Below the pieces are notes generated by a model. It did no database searches. It saw only the letters and a list, made by a program, of their open reading frames with translations, and was not told the DNA's origin. Source: Eubacteriales bacterium (GTDB lineage Bacteria; Bacillota; Clostridia; Oscillospirales; CAG-272). From it: DNA of 64,000 bases. Numbering within the stretch: position 1 is the stretch's first letter; each line of letters starts with the position of its first letter. The DNA lies in contig JAZRAJ010000091.1 of NCBI GenBank assembly GCA_045634485.1, positions 166 to 64,165 of the forward strand, read 5' to 3'. Both the position numbers and the translations under genes were made by a program. Below are positions 29,721 to 39,391 of the stretch, piece by piece.

Positions 29721-31991
29721 TCAATCTTTTTTCTTTTTTAGTGTGGCAATACCGAAAATAGCCGATATCGCAATAATAGCCGATATCGAGGTTGAGGCAA
29801 AGCAACCGTTTATCATATTTGCAATATCCTTGCCGTCCTTTTGGGGGCTTGAGGGGGTGCTTCCGTTAGAGTCCTGTGAGGAGCCTTCGCTTGCATTAGC
29901 GCCATTCTGCGAGGTTGATTGCTCGGTGGAGCTACCGCTAACCGAGCCACCTTCGATGCCCGAATTACCGTTGTCGGGGATATTGCCCGCACCGTTTTGG
30001 CTACCGCCTTGAGAGCCACCTGAGCCTTGTGAGTCGCCCGATTCGTTTGAATTGCCCGAGCCTTGTGAGTCGCTCTCGTCAGGTGCTTGGCTTGAAAAGC
30101 TTATTGAGTCGGTTGCCTCGTTATACTTACCGTCTACCTCGTCGCTAATTGCCGCAATGGTTATCTTTAAGCCTCTTATGCTTTTGGGAAGAGTAAAGCT
30201 ACCGTCAAAAAATATCCTTTCGCCGTCGTTGATTTGATAATAAAATTTAACCGTCGGTAAATCCTTGAGCGATTTTGAATACTCGTTTTCAACGCTTGCC
30301 GTTACGCTAACGGTGTCGCCTCCCTTGTAGGAGGATTTGTTGGTTGAAAGCGTAACTTTTGGAGTGCTTTCTTTAACCTCTATTTTTATTTCTGCCTCTA
30401 TCTCGTTATACTCGGCGCTCGTGGGAGTAAATACTACTGTTACGGTGTCGCCGTTTTCGGGAATAAGGCTTACATCCTTAAAGCTCCACGTGCCTCGTAT
30501 CTCGTTTTGATGCAGGCTGTCTATTACCTCTCCGCCCGTGATGCTTGATTTATCTAAGCTCTGACCGTATTTAACGCTTGATGCGGTGGGGAGCGACTTA
30601 AGGGTTGCCACGCCGATATTTACGTTTTTCGTGTACGCCTTTATTCTTGCGTTAAATTTAGTAGACGTATTGCTTGGGTCGGCGGGGTCGTAGAATGCGT
30701 TATCGTTTATCGAAAAATAGGTTTGATTTAGTAAAACCTCTGCGTCGGATTCAACGAGGACGGTGCTTCCGTCCATTATATTTTGGTCGGAGTCAATTGC
30801 AAGGTACGCATCGGTTTCTATAAGAACTATAAAGGTGTCGCCCTTGTTTAGCATTACCGATTTCGTAAGCGGAATAGTGGTAAAGCCTGCCTCGGTTAAT
30901 ATGCCGGATTGCTCGTGTATGGGTGTACCCTTATTGAATTTGCTTGGGGTAAGCTTGTCGGGATTTACGTATATCTTAAGCGAGTAATTTGCGTTTGGCG
31001 TATCGTAGGTAATAAGGCTTACCGCCATAAGCTCCTCGTTGTCCTTTGCGGTAAAGATGTTTGCCGCCGAGGTTTTATCGTAATTAGAGTAGGTAAGCGA
31101 GAGTCCGCCATCGTGCTGATAATTGTTGTCGTAGGCGTATTCGCTTGCGGGGGTAACGTCAAATGCCGTTGCCGAAATTACGCTTTTATCCTCGTAGGAT
31201 ATCCAAAAGTAGCCGTTGAGTCCCCAATTTTCGCCCCAACTGTTTTTAACGAGCCACGCTCCGTTGCTTTTAGGACGTGCGCTTGACTTAAAATTCGTGC
31301 GAGGGTAATTATCGTTCCAGCCAACTATTGTAACCGCATGGTTAGAGGTGTATGCGTTGGGACAGTAGTGGGCGTATATCTTGGTCGAGGCGCTTGTATA
31401 GTTAATATAAGAGTCGCTTGAATAATATGCGGTTTCCACTGCGCCGTAGGTCATTATTGCTTGCTTAACCTTATCGATATCGTTGGGTAGGGAATAGGTG
31501 TATGCGCCGTTAAGGTAATACTCAACGTTTCCGTACATTAGGCTATCGTTAAGCGTTAGGTCGGGGTTTTTTGTAAAGTCATCGTACTCCGCCACGCTCT
31601 CGTCAACGAGTCCTATCCAATTGGAAAAGGTAAATATCGGAAGCTGAGAGTAGCCGCCGTTTTTATAGAAGGGCGAAATAGCGGTTATCGTATCGCCGGT
31701 ATCACGCTCGCCGTTGTAGGCAAAGTATGCAAGATGAAGCTCGGAGAGGTCTATATCGTTCGGGTCTGCGCCGTGGTTTTTTATAGCCTCGGCCTCACAG
31801 CAGGCAATAGCCGCAAACGCCCAGCAGTTGCCGTAATCGCCTTGCGACTTTACCGACGTTACGTTTTCCAAATTCATATAATTACTGTTATATGCGCTCG
31901 GTGTTGTGCTTGCCGACGCTAAAATAGCGCTTGAGGAAAGAGCGGTTATTATAAAAATTAGTGATATGATTGCGCAAATGGCTTTTTTCAT
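29721..31991 (-). CDS. secreted papain-like (C1 family) cysteine peptidase with Ig-like repeats, S/G/N-rich linker and C-terminal hydrophobic anchor
   Basis: Start moved to ATG 31991 (GAGGTG RBS). Signal peptide MKKAICAIISLIFIITALSS. VKSQGDYGNCWAFAA (catalytic Cys). SNHAVTIVGW (His). VKNSWGENWGLNGYFWI. Tail AIIAISAIFGIATLKKKKD. Confidence 0.85.
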   Translation of the reverse strand: MKKAICAIISLIFIITALSSSAILASASTTPSAYNSNYMNLENVTSVKSQGDYGNCWAFAAIACCEAEAIKNHGADPNDIDLSELHLAYFAYNGERDTGDTITAISPFYKNGGYSQLPIFTFSNWIGLVDESVAEYDDFTKNPDLTLNDSLMYGNVEYYLNGAYTYSLPNDIDKVKQAIMTYGAVETAYYSSDSYINYTSASTKIYAHYCPNAYTSNHAVTIVGWNDNYPRTNFKSSARPKSNGAWLVKNSWGENWGLNGYFWISYEDKSVISATAFDVTPASEYAYDNNYQHDGGLSLTYSNYDKTSAANIFTAKDNEELMAVSLITYDTPNANYSLKIYVNPDKLTPSKFNKGTPIHEQSGILTEAGFTTIPLTKSVMLNKGDTFIVLIETDAYLAIDSDQNIMDGSTVLVESDAEVLLNQTYFSINDNAFYDPADPSNTSTKFNARIKAYTKNVNIGVATLKSLPTASSVKYGQSLDKSSITGGEVIDSLHQNEIRGTWSFKDVSLIPENGDTVTVVFTPTSAEYNEIEAEIKIEVKESTPKVTLSTNKSSYKGGDTVSVTASVENEYSKSLKDLPTVKFYYQINDGERIFFDGSFTLPKSIRGLKITIAAISDEVDGKYNEATDSISFSSQAPDESDSQGSGNSNESGDSQGSGGSQGGSQNGAGNIPDNGNSGIEGGSVSGSSTEQSTSQNGANASEGSSQDSNGSTPSSPQKDGKDIANMINGCFASTSISAIIAISAIFGIATLKKKKD

Positions 31992-32078
31992 ATGGTCACC
32001 TCGTAAAACGTTAAGCATATATAATAATTATATCATAATAATTATTAAAATACAAGCATAAAAAAGATATTAAAATGC

Positions 32079-32107
32079 TTGAAAAAAGCGTATACGTGTG
32101 GTATAAT
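32079..32107 (+). promoter_or_regulatory. mgtE promoter (extended -10)
   Basis: TTGAAA (32079-32084), 17 nt, TGgTATAAT (32099-32107). Leaves a leader of ~175 nt. Confidence 0.6.
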
Positions 32108-32283
32108 AACTGTGTATGTGAATACAGCTATATTTTTTGAGATTTTAAATTTTTTTGAAGGGAAGTGCGGATATGAGTGCAGACGGGTGTTATCGAGGTA
32201 TAACTGAATATTACGCAGGTCACGCTCCGCACGGTCTTGGCTTTTAAGACGGAACGTACCTTAGAATATAAGGAGGAAACGCT

Positions 32284-33732
32284 ATGCTTGAAAATCAAGA
32301 AAACAAAAACAACGAAAATAACGATAATAACGAAAACAACGAAATTGTCGAGGAAATTTCCATAGAGGAGGAGCGTGATTACGGCTCTGCGATACTCTCA
32401 ATTATCCGCGGAGATAATGATGACGAGCTTCTTCGTGAGCTTCTTTGCGATTACCACGACAACGATATAGCGTCAATTCTTGACGAGCTTACTCCCGACG
32501 AGCGTGAGCGACTTTTGCGAGTGCTTGGAATTGATGCGATGTCGGATATTTTGCCATATGCCGACGATGCGGCGGAATATATTGCCGAAATGGATGCCGA
32601 CGAGGCGGCGGACGTCATCGAGCAGATGGAAATTGACGATGCGGTTGAAACCCTCGAGGCGCTTGACGAGGAAACTCGAAACGAGCTTTTGGAGCTTATC
32701 GAGGAGGAGGTCAAGGAGGAGATAGAGCTTATTGCCTCCTACGGCGACGATGAATTCGGTAGCGCTATGACCACGAATTTTATTTCGATAGAGCGCACGA
32801 ATGACGTTAAGGGTGCTATGCGCTCGCTTGTTGAGCAGGCGGCGGAGAATGATAACATCTCAACGATATTCGTAACCGAGGACGGCACGTTCTACGGAAC
32901 TATAGATTTAAAGGAGCTTATTGTTGCAAGAAGCTCTGTGTCGCTTGAGGATTTGATTTCGCTTAACTTCCCCTTTGTTTACGCAAAGGAGAGCATTTCG
33001 GAAAATATAGAAAAAATTATAGATTACGCCGAGGAGCTTATTCCCGTGCTTGACGAGCAAAAAAAGCTTATCGGTGTTATTACAACGCAGGATATACTCG
33101 ATCTTGCAACGGCAGAGCTTACCGAGGACTACGCACGATTTGCGGCTCTTAGCTCGGATGAGGATATAAGCGAGCCGATATTTAAGAGCGTTAAAAAGAG
33201 AATACCGTGGCTTGCAATACTTTTGTTCTTGGGACTTATAGTTTCCGCCGTGGTAGGACTCTTTGAGGGGATAGTTCAGGAGCTTCCGCTTATAGTAAGC
33301 TTCCAATCCTTGATTCTCGGAATGGCGGGTAACGTTGGAACGCAGTCGCTTGCGGTTACCGTTCGAACCCTTAACGCCGAGCAGATGAACGCAAAAAAGA
33401 CCTTTAAGTTTATTTTCAAGGAAACGCGCGTAGGCTTTATGAACGGACTTATTATAGGCATCGGCTCGGTGCTTATAATAGGTGGATATCTCTGCTTGCG
33501 CGGAACGGCTCCCACTCTTGCATTTACAACGGCGGGATGCGTTGCTCTTGCTCTTTGCTTTGCAATGATGATTTCGGGACTTACAGGTGCGGGAATACCA
33601 ATGATATTCTCAAAGCTTGGCATAGACCCCGCTATTGCATCTGGTCCGCTTATAACAACGCTTAATGACCTCGTGGCGGTTATCAGCTACTACGGCCTTG
33701 CGTATATATTGCTTTTAAAAATAGCGTTTTAA
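32284..33732 (+). CDS. mgtE: magnesium transporter MgtE
   Basis: Acidic N-domain, CBS pair, and a TM domain with GNVGTQSLAVTVR and DPAIASGPLITTLNDLVAV. Confidence 0.92.
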   Translation: MLENQENKNNENNDNNENNEIVEEISIEEERDYGSAILSIIRGDNDDELLRELLCDYHDNDIASILDELTPDERERLLRVLGIDAMSDILPYADDAAEYIAEMDADEAADVIEQMEIDDAVETLEALDEETRNELLELIEEEVKEEIELIASYGDDEFGSAMTTNFISIERTNDVKGAMRSLVEQAAENDNISTIFVTEDGTFYGTIDLKELIVARSSVSLEDLISLNFPFVYAKESISENIEKIIDYAEELIPVLDEQKKLIGVITTQDILDLATAELTEDYARFAALSSDEDISEPIFKSVKKRIPWLAILLFLGLIVSAVVGLFEGIVQELPLIVSFQSLILGMAGNVGTQSLAVTVRTLNAEQMNAKKTFKFIFKETRVGFMNGLIIGIGSVLIIGGYLCLRGTAPTLAFTTAGCVALALCFAMMISGLTGAGIPMIFSKLGIDPAIASGPLITTLNDLVAVISYYGLAYILLLKIAF

Positions 33733-33759
33733 CTTTAATTTAACACGGAGGCTTTTGAT

Positions 33760-34572
33760 TTGAATATAAAGCAAAAAATAAAAGAAGCCGCCGAATTTCT
33801 TGGTAGAAGGGGACGGCGGATAGAACTGATATTCTTCGGCTTAATACTCGTTTTCGTATTTTTCTCGCCGTTGTTTTTCTATTCCTACACAGAATATCTT
33901 TTTGCATGGCTTACCGAATATATAGTAGAGTCTGCACACCTAACTCCTACGCAGGGCGAAGGCTTGCTTTCGGTTTTTGACATAGCGGCGCTTTGCTTTG
34001 CTATTTTGCTTGCAATCTTCGTTACGCTACCGATATTCTCCTGCTTCTTTAACTACGCATATCGACTCTATCGCGAGGGAATTGCCGGAGGCAAGCGTTA
34101 TCTTTCCTTTGGTAAGCGAGGATATTTTGGCGCTATCGGCTCGGGTGCGGTAATTTGCGGAATTTTTGCGCTTTGCTTAACTCCCGTTGTGACCTTTGTT
34201 ACGCTTGGAAATCAACTCGTGTTTTCCGAGGATGAGCGCATAGTAATACTCGTTAAATATCTTTTTATCTTTGCGATTGCGGCAGGACTCGTGCTTGGAT
34301 TTTTGATATTTATGCTCTTTAGACCCTTCTTCCTTTTCGTGTATTATATATCAAGAGGCGAAAAAGTGACAAGAGCAGTAGCTGACAGTGTAAGACGAAT
34401 GCGCTCGCCGAGGGCGAAGCAGATTTATATGGGATATATAAAGGCATTTTTGCCGTCGCTTCTTTTATCGCTTGCGTCGGTTTTGGTAATATTTTTAATT
34501 GATACGCTACCCAAAATGTCTATAGTTTACTTTGAGGCTGCCGACGAGATTATTTACGGCGAGCAGCAATAG
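33760..34572 (+). CDS. hypothetical polytopic membrane protein (270 aa, TTG start)
   Basis: GGAGG RBS and multiple hydrophobic helices. No family recognised. Confidence 0.6.
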   Translation: MNIKQKIKEAAEFLGRRGRRIELIFFGLILVFVFFSPLFFYSYTEYLFAWLTEYIVESAHLTPTQGEGLLSVFDIAALCFAILLAIFVTLPIFSCFFNYAYRLYREGIAGGKRYLSFGKRGYFGAIGSGAVICGIFALCLTPVVTFVTLGNQLVFSEDERIVILVKYLFIFAIAAGLVLGFLIFMLFRPFFLFVYYISRGEKVTRAVADSVRRMRSPRAKQIYMGYIKAFLPSLLLSLASVLVIFLIDTLPKMSIVYFEAADEIIYGEQQ

Positions 34573-34617
34573 CTTACTAAAGAAAAAATATACTTTAATA
34601 TAAAGAGGAACTGAAAA

Positions 34618-36579
34618 ATGAAAGAGAAATTTTACATTACAACGGCAATAGCCTACGCTTCAAGAAAGCCTCACTTCGGTAACACCTACGAGGTTATTAT
34701 GACCGACGCTATTGCAAGATACAAGAGAGCGCGTGGCTACGACGTATTCTTTTGCACAGGTACCGACGAGCACGGTCAGAAGATAGAGGACCTTGCAAAC
34801 GGTGCGGGTATCACACCTCAAAAGTACGTTGACGGTGTTGCGGGCGAAATCCGTGGAATTTGGGATAAGATGAACACAAGCTACGATTATTTTATCCGCA
34901 CCACCGACGATTATCACGAGGCTACCGTTAAGAAGATATTTAAAAAATTCTACGAAAAGGGCGATATATACAAGGGCAAGTACGAGGGCTGGTATTGCAC
35001 CCCCTGCGAGTCCTTCTTTACCGAAACTCAGGCGGCAGAGGGTAAGTGCCCCGACTGTGGCAGACCCGTGCAGAAGGCAAGCGAGGAGGCTTACTTCTTT
35101 AAGATGAGCAATTATGCCGACAGACTTATGGCGCATATCGAGAGCCATCCCGAGTTTATCGAGCCTGAGTCAAGAAAAAAGGAAATGGTTAACAACTTCT
35201 TAAAGGCAGGACTTCAGGACCTTTGTGTTTCACGTACCTCCTTTAAGTGGGGAATACCTGTTGATTTTGACGATCGCCACGTTGTTTACGTTTGGCTTGA
35301 TGCTCTTACTAACTATATCACGGCTCTCGGCTATGATGCGGATAAGTCATACGAGGAGCAGAGCGAGCATTTTAAAAAGTATTGGCCCTGCGACGTTCAT
35401 ATAATCGGTAAGGATATTCTTCGCTTCCACACCATTTATTGGCCTATATTCCTTATGGCGCTTGATATTCCGCTTCCTAAAAAGGTATTTGGACATCCTT
35501 GGTTTAACTTTGGCGTTGAGAAGATGTCAAAGTCACGTGGAAACGTTATTTACGCAGATTCTCTTGCAGAGAGATTCGGCGTTGACGGAGTAAGATACTA
35601 CGCTCTTGCCGAGATGCCCTATGCATCCGACGGAAGCATTACCTACGATGCGGTTATTAAGAGATTTAACACCGACCTCGTAAACAATCTTGGAAACCTC
35701 GTTAAGCGTACTCTTGATATGCAAAAGAAGTATTTTGACAAGGAGGTTTTAGCCCCCACCGCTCCCGAGGCTCTTGATGACGAGCTTTCTGCGGCTTGCG
35801 TTAAGGCGTATAACGAGTATATCGCTAATATGGACGGCTTCCGTATTGCGGACGCTATCGATAGCGTAATAGAAATGCTTTCCCGCGCAAATAAATATAT
35901 TGACGAAACCACTCCTTGGACTCTTGCAAAGGACGAGAGCAAGAAGGAGCGCTTGGCAACGGTTCTTTATAACCTTCTTGAGGCTATCCGTTGGGGCGCT
36001 ACTATGCTTTATCCCATTATTCCCCAAACCGCAGAGGAGATACTCGAAAAGCTTTGCGTAGAAGGCGTAGACTTTGAGTCTATCGGCACTGCGGATAAGT
36101 TTGGCGGTATCAAGGTTGGCTCTGTTTTGGGCGACTCGAGAGTTATGTTTGCAAGAATTGACGAGGCTAAAATGCTTGCCGAAATAGAGGCAGAGCGTGA
36201 GGCGGCTCGTATTGCCGAGGAAAAGGCTAATGCAAAGCCCGAAAAGCCCGAGGGCTGCGCTCTTATCGGTATCGAGGACTTTATGGGCGTTGAGCTTCGC
36301 ACCGCAAAGGTTCTTTCCTGCGAGCGTGTTCCTAAGGCTAAAAAGCTTCTTTGTATGCAGCTTGATTTGGGATATGAGCAGCGTCAGGTTGTTTCGGGTA
36401 TTGCGGCTTACTACACTCCCGAGCAGATGATTGGCAAAAAGGTTATCATCGTTGCAAACCTTAAGCCCGCAAAGCTTTGCGGAATTGAGTCACAGGGTAT
36501 GATTCTTGCAAGCGGCGAGGAAGACGTAAGAGTCGTATTCTTGGCAGAGGACACTCCTCTTGGCGAGCGTGTGAGGTAA
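34618..36579 (+). CDS. metG: methionyl-tRNA synthetase with C-terminal tRNA-binding domain
   Basis: HFGNTYE (HIGH-type), CPDCG zinc knuckle, KMSKSRGN, C-terminal Trbp111-like GIESQGMILA. Confidence 0.95.
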   Translation: MKEKFYITTAIAYASRKPHFGNTYEVIMTDAIARYKRARGYDVFFCTGTDEHGQKIEDLANGAGITPQKYVDGVAGEIRGIWDKMNTSYDYFIRTTDDYHEATVKKIFKKFYEKGDIYKGKYEGWYCTPCESFFTETQAAEGKCPDCGRPVQKASEEAYFFKMSNYADRLMAHIESHPEFIEPESRKKEMVNNFLKAGLQDLCVSRTSFKWGIPVDFDDRHVVYVWLDALTNYITALGYDADKSYEEQSEHFKKYWPCDVHIIGKDILRFHTIYWPIFLMALDIPLPKKVFGHPWFNFGVEKMSKSRGNVIYADSLAERFGVDGVRYYALAEMPYASDGSITYDAVIKRFNTDLVNNLGNLVKRTLDMQKKYFDKEVLAPTAPEALDDELSAACVKAYNEYIANMDGFRIADAIDSVIEMLSRANKYIDETTPWTLAKDESKKERLATVLYNLLEAIRWGATMLYPIIPQTAEEILEKLCVEGVDFESIGTADKFGGIKVGSVLGDSRVMFARIDEAKMLAEIEAEREAARIAEEKANAKPEKPEGCALIGIEDFMGVELRTAKVLSCERVPKAKKLLCMQLDLGYEQRQVVSGIAAYYTPEQMIGKKVIIVANLKPAKLCGIESQGMILASGEEDVRVVFLAEDTPLGERVR

Positions 36580-36587
36580 TTAAATTT

Positions 36588-37412
36588 ATGCTATTGGAAG
36601 AAATAAGAAATACCGATTGTGCGTTTTTTGATTCGCATGCGCATTATTACGATGAGCGTTTTCGCGGCAAAAAAAATCCACACGGTGTTGATGCGCTTCT
36701 TGACGCTCTTTTCGAACAGGGGATTTTGGGTATTATAAATGTTGGCACAAGCTATTCTTCGGCTTTAGAGGTTATCGAAAAAGCAAAGCAGTATGAAAAA
36801 ATGTATGCGGCGGTTGGTGTTCATCCAAGTGACCTTGATAGTGACGGAATGTCTTATGTTGAGCAGATAGCCAAAATACGTGAGCTTGCAAAAAATCGTG
36901 AGGAAAATAAAATAATTGCAATTGGCGAGGCTGGGCTTGACTATTATTGGACTCAAGATACTAAAGCAGAGCAAAAGGATTGCTTTGAGCGTCAGCTTGC
37001 TCTTGCAGAGGAGCTTTCGATGCCTATTATAATTCACGATAGAGAGGCTCACGGAGATTGCTTTGAAACCGTTTTGCGCTATCCTAACGTTAAAGGCGTT
37101 TTTCATTGCTATAGCGGTAGTGCCGAAATGGCTAAGGAGCTTATAAAACGTGGTTGGTATATTTCTTTTTCGGGTGTAATTTCATACGATAATGCCGAAA
37201 AAATTAAAGGCGTTGCCGCAATTGTTCCCGATGATAAAATTTTAATAGAAACCGATGCTCCTTATCTTACTCCTCAACCATATAGAAATAAATTAAATCA
37301 TTCGGGTAGGCTTTTCTATACTGCATCTGCTCTTGCTCGCGAGCGCGGTGTTGATGTGCGTACTATCTCGGATATTACTTACCGTAATGCGAGAGATTTG
37401 TTTGGAATTTAA
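36588..37412 (+). CDS. TatD-family metal-dependent hydrolase
   Basis: FDSHAHY, GEAGLDYYW, IIHDREAH, FHCYSGS, ETDAPYL. Confidence 0.9.
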   Translation: MLLEEIRNTDCAFFDSHAHYYDERFRGKKNPHGVDALLDALFEQGILGIINVGTSYSSALEVIEKAKQYEKMYAAVGVHPSDLDSDGMSYVEQIAKIRELAKNREENKIIAIGEAGLDYYWTQDTKAEQKDCFERQLALAEELSMPIIIHDREAHGDCFETVLRYPNVKGVFHCYSGSAEMAKELIKRGWYISFSGVISYDNAEKIKGVAAIVPDDKILIETDAPYLTPQPYRNKLNHSGRLFYTASALARERGVDVRTISDITYRNARDLFGI

Positions 37413-37426
37413 TAGTGGTATTTTGT

Positions 37427-37502
37427 GGGGAAAGAAAACTTTTTGAAAAAAAGCTTTTCTTTCCCCCATACCCCCATTCTTTCAAAAACCTTGAAAAAAG
37501 GG
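37427..37502. repeat. double-hairpin REP/MITE-like element, copy 2
   Basis: GGGGAAAGAAAACTTTTTTGAAAAAAAGCTTTTCTTTCCCC plus CCCATTCTTTCAAAAACCTTGAAAAAAGGG. Further inverted GGACCG...CGGTCC hairpins at 37574-37595 and 37708-37728. Confidence 0.75.
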
Positions 37503-37821
37503 CTTTTATTTTTATCATAATTAGTGCGTTTGACGATGGAACGTGGTGTGTTCGCACTGAACCTCGATTGTAGGGACCGGCGTCCTCGACGGTCCAAAAA
37601 CCTAGGATTTTATGTTGTCATCAATCAAGAAAAACATAAACAAAAATGCGGGAGGGGAGGGGCGTGCTCCTCCCGAATAAATAATTAAATTTGCATTTGT
37701 TTAAAATGGACCGTCGAGGGTGTCGGTCTTATTTTTATTTCTCGAAAAAATCGATATTATTGGTTAAATAAAAAGCTATCTCAAGCACGTGCTTGAGATA
37801 GCTTTTTAATAATATTAAATA

Positions 37822-38436
37822 TTACTTTTTCTTCATTTCCTCAAGGATAGCCTTAAGAAGGTCCTCGGTTGTAGGATTAATAAGGCGGTCTGCTTCAGCC
37901 TTTGCCTTAGCCTCTGCCTCGGCTTTAGCCTTAGCCTCTGCCGCTGCGGCTTCCTTTTCGGCAATATAAGCCTCAATGTTCTTTTTGGTGGGCTTAATTC
38001 CACGAGATTTCATTATCTTGCGGTCTTCCTTGGTAATCTTTTTCATTCTGCTTTCAAGATTTTCCGAGTTCTCACGCATAGAGTTAATGGTTTTAACTAT
38101 GCAGAAAAGAACGAAAGCAACGATAAGGAAGTTGATTATTGCTATAATAAATGCTCCCCAGTCGATGTAAATTGAGTTTTTAAGGTCGATTTCTGACGTA
38201 GGCACGCCCGCCTCGTCAAGAACGTAAACCTTTTCGCCAAGGAATGTGTAGACCTCTGAAAGAGCATCCTTGCCGAGTATGAGTCTTAAAATGTGGTTAA
38301 TGATAGGCTTTAATATGTTATTGCTGAGAGCGTTTACAATTGCGGTAAAGGAGCTACCAACGATAACACCGACAGCCATATCAACGATGTTGCCGCGTGT
38401 GATAAATTTCTTGAATTCGCCAAAAAACTTTTTCAT
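37822..38436 (-). CDS. mscL: large-conductance mechanosensitive channel with an Ala/Glu/Lys-rich C-terminal extension
   Basis: FKKFITRGNIVDMAVGVIVGSSFTAIVNALSNNILKPII is a typical MscL N-terminus. At 204 aa it is long for the family, owing to a C-terminal Ala/Glu/Lys repeat tail. Confidence 0.9.
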   Translation of the reverse strand: MKKFFGEFKKFITRGNIVDMAVGVIVGSSFTAIVNALSNNILKPIINHILRLILGKDALSEVYTFLGEKVYVLDEAGVPTSEIDLKNSIYIDWGAFIIAIINFLIVAFVLFCIVKTINSMRENSENLESRMKKITKEDRKIMKSRGIKPTKKNIEAYIAEKEAAAAEAKAKAEAEAKAKAEADRLINPTTEDLLKAILEEMKKK

Positions 38437-38506
38437 AATTTCCTCCTAATATTTAATTCATATTTAATTTTTACAAGGATAATTATACAGTATTTTTGTC
38501 GATTTG

Positions 38507-38935
38507 TCAAGCAAATTCAAGAATTGGAACCTTTTTGGGCGTAACTTCGGGGGTTTTGTGCTTTATGGCAAAGGCAAGAGCCCTCCTTTTTAGCCTAAAC
38601 GCCGAGCTTCGGGAAATCTCCATAATATCGCCACAGCGCTCTATAGGCTCGCAATCGATATAATGCAGATATAATAAAATTTTCTCGCTTGAGTTTGGCA
38701 GAGCGAGAATAAAATCTCTTATTTCAAACATTTTTACTCTTGCAAGGGTAAGGTCGCCCGGGCGCTCGCTTGACCATTCACGTGTGCGCAAGAACTCACG
38801 CTCGTATTTTTCAAGCTCGAGAAGGTCACGGTAAAGCCTGTAGCCCGAAAGATAATTTTTCATTTCCTCGATTTGTGATTGATTGCTTTTGCTTGATGAA
38901 TTGCTTAAAAACAGCGTCTTTGCTATATTGGTCAT
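38507..38935 (-). CDS. sigma-70 region-4-like / ArpU-like small transcriptional regulator (142 aa)
   Basis: C-terminal HTH EPIERCGDIMEISRSSAFRLKRRALAFAI. Size and N-terminal helical region resemble phage late-gene regulators. Tentative. Confidence 0.5.
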   Translation of the reverse strand: MTNIAKTLFLSNSSSKSNQSQIEEMKNYLSGYRLYRDLLELEKYEREFLRTREWSSERPGDLTLARVKMFEIRDFILALPNSSEKILLYLHYIDCEPIERCGDIMEISRSSAFRLKRRALAFAIKHKTPEVTPKKVPILEFA

Positions 38936-38988
38936 TGTTTTCCTTTCTTAAATATTTACAGGTGATATGAAAAAATCGTATATGCGCA

Positions 38989-39192
38989 TCAAGTATATCT
39001 TGGGGTTAGGTGCGCTAATGTGGCGCATTCGCCACAGAAAAATTTGTTGCCTTTAAATTGAAACGGATTGCCTCGGTAGATTTTGCTGCCACACCGAAAG
39101 CAAACGCCGAGCAAGCCGAATATCAATTTTTTAGGTGTGTCCTGCGTTGGACACGAGCCAAAGCAAAATGGCTCCTTACAGTATTCGCACAA
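38989..39192 (-). CDS. Cys-rich zinc-finger-like small protein (67 aa)
   Basis: CEYC...CFGSC...CFRCG...CGEC, i.e. four CxxC-like pairs. GGAGGAG RBS. Confidence 0.5.
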   Translation of the reverse strand: MCEYCKEPFCFGSCPTQDTPKKLIFGLLGVCFRCGSKIYRGNPFQFKGNKFFCGECATLAHLTPRYT

Positions 39193-39264
39193 GTCTTGAA
39201 TAGCTCCTCCTTTCTTATTTATTATTTAAAAATGTATTTCGCATTTGTTTATTATAAAAACCTC

Positions 39265-39293
39265 TTGACAAATTAAAAGGTATGGTATATAAT
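39265..39293 (+). promoter_or_regulatory. consensus promoter of the LexA-like repressor gene
   Basis: TTGACA, 17 nt, TATAAT. Flanked by direct repeats TATTTCGCATTT at 39235-39246 and 39342-39353. Confidence 0.6.
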
Positions 39294-39391
39294 AAACTTA
39301 CTGATTAAATTATAACGGATTTCCGAATTGTTGTCAATAGTTATTTCGCATTTCCGTAATATTTGTTTATTCCTACAATATGGAGGCATAA

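Noticed and set aside
32108-32283. M-box (Mg2+) riboswitch call for the mgtE leader
   Set aside because: None of the highly conserved M-box sequence blocks could be found by eye. It is kept only as an unexplained long leader in the findings.
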